Positions 58,345 to 64,000 of a stretch of DNA of 64,000 nt are shown here, in pieces (position 1 is the first letter of the stretch; every line of letters begins with the position of its first letter). This DNA is from an uncultured bacterium (GTDB lineage: Bacteria; Hinthialibacterota; Hinthialibacteria; OLB16), in assembly GCA_964422415.1 (NCBI GenBank), contig CAYRBI010000003.1, forward strand, positions 10,607-74,606, written 5' to 3'. A model generated the notes under the pieces. It worked only from the letters and a program-made list of their open reading frames with translations, was not told where the DNA came from and ran no database searches. The position numbers and the translations under genes are program-made.

Positions 58345-59646
58345 ATGGCAAGCGAAGTGAAGGTTGGTTTAGTTGGATTCGGAGTGGTCGGCACTGGCAT
58401 GATCCAGTGTCTGACCGGAAACCGGAGTCAGATCGACGAACGGGCGGGGATTCCTGTCCGTGTGAGAAAGATTGCCGATCTGGATATCACCACTCCCCGC
58501 AATGCCGATCTGACAGGAATCACCCTGACCACCAACGCCAAGGAGATTCTCGATGACCCCGGGATCGATATCGTAGTTGAATTGGTGGGCGGCACTGGGT
58601 TTGCCTATGACCTCATCGCTAGCGCCCTTAAGGCGGGTAAAGATGTAGTCACCGCCAACAAGGCTCTCCTAGCGCATCGTGGCCATGAACTCTTCGATCT
58701 GGCCCGGGAGAACAACCGCCTCTTACTCTTCGAGGCGGCTGTGGGTGGGGGCATCCCCATCATCCAGGCCTTACGCACCGGGTTATGCTCCACCGAGGTT
58801 GAGCGGATCTATGCGATTCTCAATGGAACCGCCAATTATATTCTCACACGGATGGAGGAGGCCCACCTAGATTTCGATGTGGCCCTTCACGAAGCCAAGA
58901 TCAAGGGTTACGCCGAAGCTGACCCAACCTTCGATATCGAGGGACATGACACCACCCACAAGATTGTGCTCCTCAGTCAGTTGGCTTATGGCTGCCGGGT
59001 CAAATTTGAAGATGCCGCCCGTGAGGGGATCACACGGCTGACCTTCTTTGACCTGCAGATGGCCAAGGAACTCGGTTACCGGGTAAAGCTACTGGCCACC
59101 GCCAAACGCGATGGTGGCCGTTTGGATATCCGCTGCCATCCGGCGTTGATCCCACTGGACTCTCATCTGGCCGCGGTGAGTGGTGTCTACAACGCCATTG
59201 TGGTCGCGGGACGGCCCCTCGGCACGGTCATGTTCTATGGACAAGGCGCGGGCGGACCCGCCACGGGAGCGGCGGTGACAGCGGACCTGATGGAAGCGGC
59301 CCGCCAAATTGTACGTGGTCCAGACCGGTGCAATTACTACTCCTTCGATCATCTCGACCTGCCGGTCAAGCCTGTGGGCGAGACCTCCTCAGCCTACTAT
59401 CTGAAGCTCATCGTCAAAGACCGTCCCGGTGTTGTCTCCGAGGTAGCGGCCGCACTGGCTCAAGAGTCGATTAGCATCGCTTCCTTCATCCAGAAGGAAC
59501 GGCGCGAAGCTCACGAAGCGGTCCCGATCGTGATCACCACCCATGAGGCCCTCAAGAGCTCCATGGACCATGCTATCGAGAAGATCGCCACCCTAGATTC
59601 CGTGGTTGAGCGTCCCTTCTTGATCCGTATCGAGGACTTCCAATAG
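58345..59646 (+). CDS. hom: Homoserine dehydrogenase
   Basis: VGLVGFGVVGTG NAD-binding motif, EAAVGGGIPII, AILNGTANYIL, and a C-terminal ACT domain (YYLKLIVKDRPGVVSEVAAALAQESISI). Confidence 0.95.
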   Translation: MASEVKVGLVGFGVVGTGMIQCLTGNRSQIDERAGIPVRVRKIADLDITTPRNADLTGITLTTNAKEILDDPGIDIVVELVGGTGFAYDLIASALKAGKDVVTANKALLAHRGHELFDLARENNRLLLFEAAVGGGIPIIQALRTGLCSTEVERIYAILNGTANYILTRMEEAHLDFDVALHEAKIKGYAEADPTFDIEGHDTTHKIVLLSQLAYGCRVKFEDAAREGITRLTFFDLQMAKELGYRVKLLATAKRDGGRLDIRCHPALIPLDSHLAAVSGVYNAIVVAGRPLGTVMFYGQGAGGPATGAAVTADLMEAARQIVRGPDRCNYYSFDHLDLPVKPVGETSSAYYLKLIVKDRPGVVSEVAAALAQESISIASFIQKERREAHEAVPIVITTHEALKSSMDHAIEKIATLDSVVERPFLIRIEDFQ

Positions 59647-59652
59647 ATCACC

Positions 59653-60759
59653 GTGGTACGGGCCGCGTATTATGTCGATTCGCATGGTTTCGGCCATGCC
59701 ACGCGCTCCATGGCTCTGGCCGAGGCACTCCCCTCCTCCTGGGAGGTGGTGTTCAAAACCAACGCGCCGGAGTGGTTGTTCCGGAAGGAACTCGCCCGGC
59801 CCTACATGCATGTGGCCTCACCGCTCGATATCCACCCCGTACATACCACCTCCTACTTCATCGATCCCCTGGGCACATTCCAGCACACACAAGCCAAACT
59901 CCAGGGCTTGGAAGACCTTGTCCAGAACGAGGTGGCTTGGCTGCGGAAATCCAAGGTGGATGTGGTCATCGCTGATATCCCGCCCTTGGCGATTCATGCC
60001 GCGAAATGCGCTGGCCTTCCCGCTTTTGGAGTGAGCAACTTCACTTGGGATTGGATCTTCAAGCCTCTCTTGGATGGAATAAGTGGCAAACAAGTGATTG
60101 CCACGATGCGGAATATGACCGCCCAGGCCACTGCCAACTTCCGTCTGCCCTTCTCCACCCCAGAGACTTTTCCAGGGGGTTCCATCGAATCCCCACTTCT
60201 GGTGCGCTCGGTCCGTATGAGTCGCGAGGAAGCCCGTAAACACTACGGCCTGACTGTAGGAACCACCTATGTCCTGGTCACATTTGGGGGGATCGAGGGT
60301 CCGGTAAAGAGCCTGGCTCCTCTGATGGATTTTCAACCCCTCCAGTTCGTGAGCGTGGCGAAGGAATCCGGGAATGGACCTCCTCTGGAACAGGGCCTCT
60401 TCCGCCACCCGGAGATCACCAACCTCTGGATTCTCCGGCGCGATGACCTCTATCACCCCGATCTGGTCAATGCGATTGACGCGGTGGTGACCAAGCCGGG
60501 TTACGGGATCCTCTCGGAGTGCATGGCTACCGCCACCCCCATCATCCTGGATGCACGAGATGATTTCCGTGAGTTCATGGCCGTCCGCGCCACAGCGGAG
60601 AGGTACCCTCAAATGGCAATTGTAGACAATGCCCAAATGAAACGGCTCGATCTCGGTGATCCCCTCGCCAAGGTCTTGAATAGCCCAGCACAGCCATGGG
60701 AGGGAGGTCTCAACGGCGCTGAGTTTGTCGCGGGAATCATTGCTGGACATTTTCATTAG
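59653..60759 (+). CDS. GT-B fold glycosyltransferase (GT28/MJ1255-like), function unknown
   Basis: GTG start. YYVDSHGFGHATRSMALAEAL (G-x-GH-xxR N-terminal motif) and KPGYGILSECMATATPIIL in the C-terminal half. Preferred over antisense ORF 59818..60936. Confidence 0.6.
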   Translation: MVRAAYYVDSHGFGHATRSMALAEALPSSWEVVFKTNAPEWLFRKELARPYMHVASPLDIHPVHTTSYFIDPLGTFQHTQAKLQGLEDLVQNEVAWLRKSKVDVVIADIPPLAIHAAKCAGLPAFGVSNFTWDWIFKPLLDGISGKQVIATMRNMTAQATANFRLPFSTPETFPGGSIESPLLVRSVRMSREEARKHYGLTVGTTYVLVTFGGIEGPVKSLAPLMDFQPLQFVSVAKESGNGPPLEQGLFRHPEITNLWILRRDDLYHPDLVNAIDAVVTKPGYGILSECMATATPIILDARDDFREFMAVRATAERYPQMAIVDNAQMKRLDLGDPLAKVLNSPAQPWEGGLNGAEFVAGIIAGHFH

Positions 60760-60868
60760 GGCAAGAAAACGCAAGATATTGCCCGGTAAACCTTCCTTTT
60801 TCCAATTGACACCCCCATCTGGAATCTCGATGCTATCAGTTGTTAATTCTCTCAGAGAGGAGCTGTGT

Positions 60869-62008
60869 ATGCATCGTTTCGTTGTCCTGACTCTATTGTT
60901 GGCTTCAATGGCCATGGCCCAGGACCCAGCGCTCAAGTTCGAGCGTACACGTATTGGCCAAGTGACTTATGAGGCGTGTTCCATTTTTGATGTTAACAAG
61001 GATGGTTCTCTCGACATTGTGAGTGGCGAATATTGGTTTCAAGGTCCCGAGTTCACACACTCGCATAAGATCTGCGACATCATGCCCGCCGCCGACTACT
61101 ACGATGATTTCTCGAACTACCCACTGGATGTAAATGGTGATGGATACCTTGACATCGTCACTGGTGGATGGTGGGGAGAATCCCTCCAATGGCGCGAAAA
61201 CCCCAAGGGGCAGAACGTAGAATGGAAAACTCACCTCATTGAGAAGTGCGGGAATGTCGAGACCACCCGTTTCTGGGATGTGGATGGCGATGGAATTGTG
61301 GAAGCCGTCCCCAATGCAGGCGGCAATGTAGCCTTCTACAAGCTCATCACGGATACGAATGGTAAGGGGACCGGAGAGTTCAAGAAATACATGGTCAAAC
61401 AGGGTGAGTGTGGCCATGGCCTTGGTTATGGCGATGTAAATGGCGATGGCCGTGGTGACTTTATCGTCCCCGATGCCTGGATCGAAGCCCCCACCGATGT
61501 CCTCAATGGAAAGTGGACCTGGCATCCTGAGTTTCAACTCGGTACAGCCAGCATTCCGGTCCTGGTGTTTGATGTCAATGAAGACGGGAAGGCCGATCTG
61601 ATCTCAGGCGCGGCCCATCCATATGGCTTAGCTTGGTGGGAGCAGGGTCAAGGCGCGGATGGAAAACGGACCTGGACCAAACATGACATCGACCCTGACC
61701 GTTCCCAGTATCATGACCTGGTTCTGGCGGACATTGACAACGATGGCAAGCAGGAAATGCTCACCGGTAAACGTTACCGGGCCCACTGTGGACATGATCC
61801 CGGTTGGACTGATCCAGTGGGTGTCTATTACTTCAACATCGACGGTGGCAAATTCGAACGTGTGACTCTCGATTACGGCCCGGCGGACAAAGCCAGCGGC
61901 GCGGGTATTTATATGTGGGTCGAAGACATCGATGGTAATGGCTGGAAAGATGTACTCGCCCCGGGTAAGGAAGGACTCTATCTGTTCAAGAACATGGGGC
62001 AGATGTAA
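60869..62008 (+). CDS. Secreted FG-GAP/VCBS-repeat beta-propeller protein
   Basis: Start at ATG 60869 (AGAGGAG upstream), signal peptide MHRFVVLTLLLASMAMAQ. Seven D-x-[DN]-x-D-G-x-x-D repeats (DVNKDGSLDIVSG, DVNGDGYLDIVTG, DVDGDGIVEAV, DVNGDGRGDFIV, DVNEDGKADLISG, DIDNDGKQEMLTG, DIDGNGWKDVLAP). Confidence 0.8.
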   Translation: MHRFVVLTLLLASMAMAQDPALKFERTRIGQVTYEACSIFDVNKDGSLDIVSGEYWFQGPEFTHSHKICDIMPAADYYDDFSNYPLDVNGDGYLDIVTGGWWGESLQWRENPKGQNVEWKTHLIEKCGNVETTRFWDVDGDGIVEAVPNAGGNVAFYKLITDTNGKGTGEFKKYMVKQGECGHGLGYGDVNGDGRGDFIVPDAWIEAPTDVLNGKWTWHPEFQLGTASIPVLVFDVNEDGKADLISGAAHPYGLAWWEQGQGADGKRTWTKHDIDPDRSQYHDLVLADIDNDGKQEMLTGKRYRAHCGHDPGWTDPVGVYYFNIDGGKFERVTLDYGPADKASGAGIYMWVEDIDGNGWKDVLAPGKEGLYLFKNMGQM

Positions 62009-62050
62009 CAGGTCTTCAGCGGTCTATTGAAAAAAAAACAGTTGCGATGA

Positions 62051-62138
62051 GACCATGGATTCCCGCTTTCGCGGGAATGACGATTTCCATTAAAAATCCC
62101 CTGATCCGTCATTCCCGCGAAAGCGGGAATCCATGGTC
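62051..62138. repeat. Nested-palindrome repeat, copy 3 (perfect 32-bp terminal inverted repeats)
   Basis: GACCATGGATTCCCGCTTTCGCGGGAATGACG (62051-62082) is the exact reverse complement of 62107-62138, with a 24-nt AT-richer centre. Each arm is itself a hairpin (ATTCCCGC-TTTC-GCGGGAAT). Confidence 0.9.
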
Positions 62139-62197
62139 GCGGGACTTTCCCAACCAACGGATAGGGCAGTAGTTGGCCTTTACAGGCTCAGAATCTT

Positions 62198-62235
62198 GAC
62201 CCCCTCACCCATCACAATGAGTGAGGGGGTCTTTT
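62198..62235 (+). terminator. Rho-independent terminator between convergent genes
   Basis: GACCCCCTCAC-(12-nt loop)-GTGAGGGGGTC (11-bp perfect stem) followed by TTTT. Lies downstream of the FG-GAP gene and 28 nt from the converging stop at 62263. Confidence 0.7.
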
Positions 62236-62262
62236 CATATACACAATCGGGCTCATATACCG

Positions 62263-63600
62263 CTACTCGGAAACTTGAACCACTTGTAACATGCTTGGTT
62301 CCGGCCATGGCGGTTCCCTGGGGCGATCCCGGTTCGGCCCTAATGTTTCCCAACGCAGTTGGTAACGGGTACCCGGCTTGCCGGAACTGCCCAGGTCCTT
62401 GGCCCACCTGACAGCCATGCCGGGGAAGGCTGAGTGAACCGTGCCCGGAATCCGCGGCGCTGATTTCTCGTTTTCTGTTTTCATCACTGTGAGATCCTCT
62501 TCATCAAGTGTCCATACCCCGCTCCCCTCTTTCGCGTGATGGTACCCCAAAGTCAGGCCCCGCTCTGGCGAGTAATGGACTGGCTCCATCTTGATTTCGA
62601 AGTTGATCGTTCCCCCACCAGAGAACTCCCAACGGTAGTTCCACTGACTGGTCTGACGGATAGCCCAGTTGCCGTCCTCCAACCGGGCGGTGAACACCTG
62701 GGTTTTTCCATTCGCATCGTATTTGTGATACGTGAGAATGGGCCGGTTCTGGCTGTCAAACCCAATGGTGTGATTCCCATTCAAGATCCCGCCACCTGGC
62801 GGCACCGGATCGACGATATCCCCGGTCTCAAGGGTGATGGGTAGCGTCAGCGGCTCCCCATTGCTCTTTTCCCAATGGATGAGGTCTTTGCTGCGCGCAT
62901 AGGACAGGTGGTGGTTGCTGGCGCAATCGGGCGTGTCACGCCACACCCAGCACAAGTGGTAATATCCATCTGGACCAACAATGGGCCCATTAAAATACGC
63001 GTTCATGAGGCCTTGGCCATCTGTCAGTGGAGTATCAAGCAAACGGCGCCAAGTCTGCGCGGAGGCATCGTAGATGTTGTAGATCTGATTCCCGGAGCCA
63101 CTTTGTCCATCCCGGTAAGTGAAGACCAAGGCTCCATCCGGCCCAGAAAAGAACTTCGGATAGGTGACCTTCGTTTCTTCGCTTCCAGTCATGCTTGACA
63201 CTCGTTCGAAGGTGGAAAAGTCACGCGGCTCGCGGGTCCGGAAATATACGAGTGGCACGCAGTGCATGTTGCCCGACAGGTGAATCCGTCCCGTGCTGTC
63301 CATGACCATGGTCACGTAATTATGGCTATCCCAGACCAACTGTTCTGGAAGGCGGAACAGACGCCACTCCTTCGAGTCCAGTGTGCGTTGGCCCACAGTC
63401 ATTTTCCGGTCCGCATCATAAAATGCTACGAATTGATCGTTGCCATCCGTTAAGAGGCAGAAACCAACCATGTGGCCGGCCCATACCGGGGCTACATCGA
63501 CTACCTCGACTGATCCCTCCGCGTGTGCACCAGATATCCAGCAGGCAGCCTGCACCATCCCCCACACAAGAAGTACATAAAGAACACCAGGACATCGCAT
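62263..63600 (-). CDS. Secreted BNR_4-like (BNR repeat-containing family member) protein, putative glycan-active enzyme
   Basis: Signal peptide (VLYVLLVWGMVQAACWISGAHA). HNYVTMVMDSTGRIHLSGNMHCVPLVYFRT and YHLCWVWRD resemble the BNR_4 family pattern. This assignment is from memory only. Confidence 0.5.
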   Translation of the reverse strand: MRCPGVLYVLLVWGMVQAACWISGAHAEGSVEVVDVAPVWAGHMVGFCLLTDGNDQFVAFYDADRKMTVGQRTLDSKEWRLFRLPEQLVWDSHNYVTMVMDSTGRIHLSGNMHCVPLVYFRTREPRDFSTFERVSSMTGSEETKVTYPKFFSGPDGALVFTYRDGQSGSGNQIYNIYDASAQTWRRLLDTPLTDGQGLMNAYFNGPIVGPDGYYHLCWVWRDTPDCASNHHLSYARSKDLIHWEKSNGEPLTLPITLETGDIVDPVPPGGGILNGNHTIGFDSQNRPILTYHKYDANGKTQVFTARLEDGNWAIRQTSQWNYRWEFSGGGTINFEIKMEPVHYSPERGLTLGYHHAKEGSGVWTLDEEDLTVMKTENEKSAPRIPGTVHSAFPGMAVRWAKDLGSSGKPGTRYQLRWETLGPNRDRPREPPWPEPSMLQVVQVSE

Positions 63601-63784
63601 GAAAAAAACTCCTTCGGATGTGATTGATACCGCTCCGGCTCAGGCGATTGTCTCCAATGATCTCGCTCAATACAAGAATTTGTGACACTCACATACAACA
63701 CAGTGAGTCATGGAGATGTAATCTAGAATTATTCTCATGGGGTAAAGCGCGCGGAGCGTGAGGGTTGGATTGGCAAGACGAAGA

Positions 63785-64000
63785 TTATTTTTTTTGTGGC
63801 TTCCCGGTCATGGGAACAAACCGGACTGGTTCGATGAAGGTAGTCTTTATCGAGCCATCGGATTGCTTAATCACCAATAGGAGGTCTTGAACCTCATACA
63901 CCTCTCCAACAGGGATACACATCCTCCCGCCGGGACGGAGTTGATCGATCAAGGTTTGGGGAATCTCTGGCGGTGCGCAGGTAACGATGATGGCATCGAA
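63785..64000 (-). CDS. pcm: Protein-L-isoaspartate O-methyltransferase, C-terminal 71 aa (partial, runs off window end)
   Basis: Not in ORF track because it is partial. Reverse translation from 64000 gives FDAIIVTCAPPEIPQTLIDQLRPGGRMCIPVGEVYEVQDLLLVIKQSDGSIKTTFIEPVRFVPMTGKPQKK*, matching the Pcm C-terminus (DAIIVTAA.PEIP..L..QL.PGGR+viPVG...VRFVP). Confidence 0.85.
   Translation of the reverse strand, partial: FDAIIVTCAPPEIPQTLIDQLRPGGRMCIPVGEVYEVQDLLLVIKQSDGSIKTTFIEPVRFVPMTGKPQKK

Noticed and set aside
59818-60936. 372-aa minus-strand ORF.
   Set aside because: It is antisense to the GT-B glycosyltransferase and to the FG-GAP gene start. The plus-strand products carry recognisable family motifs.
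1-64000. Prophage, integrative element, defence island (RM, CRISPR-Cas, retron, DGR, BREX-like) or secondary-metabolite cluster.
   Set aside because: I recognised no integrase, transposase, reverse transcriptase, helicase/methylase pair, cas gene, phage structural gene, or PKS/NRPS. The only toxin-antitoxin traces are the partial DUF2281-like gene at the window edge and the MntA/HepT remnant.

Overview
Dense, moderately GC-rich chromosomal window with about 50 protein-coding genes on both strands. I recognised no rRNA, tRNA, bona fide CRISPR array, integrase or transposase. Content is mostly housekeeping and envelope biogenesis of a diderm bacterium: folD, thrB, hom, glnD, dprA, comEC, rluB, larB, partial pcm, a ROK glucokinase, an LpxL-family acyltransferase with an LptC-like protein, a polyprenyl-phosphate sugar transferase, GT2 and GT28-like glycosyltransferases, an MBOAT+SGNH-like pair, a MacB/FtsX-type ABC exporter, an O-antigen-ligase-like/TPR protein, a SpoIID/SPOR protein, a giant S8 protease, a prepilin-type pseudopilin and many Sec/Tat-secreted proteins of unknown function. 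The flavour is PVC-like or a related uncultured lineage, but the phylum cannot be assigned from this window. Most unusual observations: (1) A full-length homologue of the Pol III alpha subunit DnaE (about 1260-1280 aa) has degenerate PHP, palm (PDxDxDF -> PVEVDCP) and finger motifs, yet its 3.8-kb frame is intact. It is a candidate pseudo-polymerase. Downstream, behind a perfect 20-bp palindrome, lie a DUF134::zinc-ribbon regulator and a His-rich NifX-like protein. (2) There are three families of short palindromic repeats. An ~80-bp nested palindrome occurs three times, with one copy read through in frame inside the DnaE-like gene. C/G-homopolymer hairpins with 25-31 bp perfect stems and G-quadruplex potential bracket the MBOAT/SGNH pair. 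A CACGC-TAAA-GCGTG mini-hairpin occurs singly and in a four-unit cluster showing a compensatory stem substitution. (3) An intact MntA antitoxin sits next to a truncated HepT toxin remnant. (4) A free-standing lipoyl-domain protein is translationally coupled to a PfkB kinase. (5) An orphan ABC permease is packed between a pseudopilin and a Tat-secreted protein. All calls rest on motif recognition by eye and manual inspection of repeats. No database search, HMM or folding computation was run, so functional labels and novelty claims need verification.
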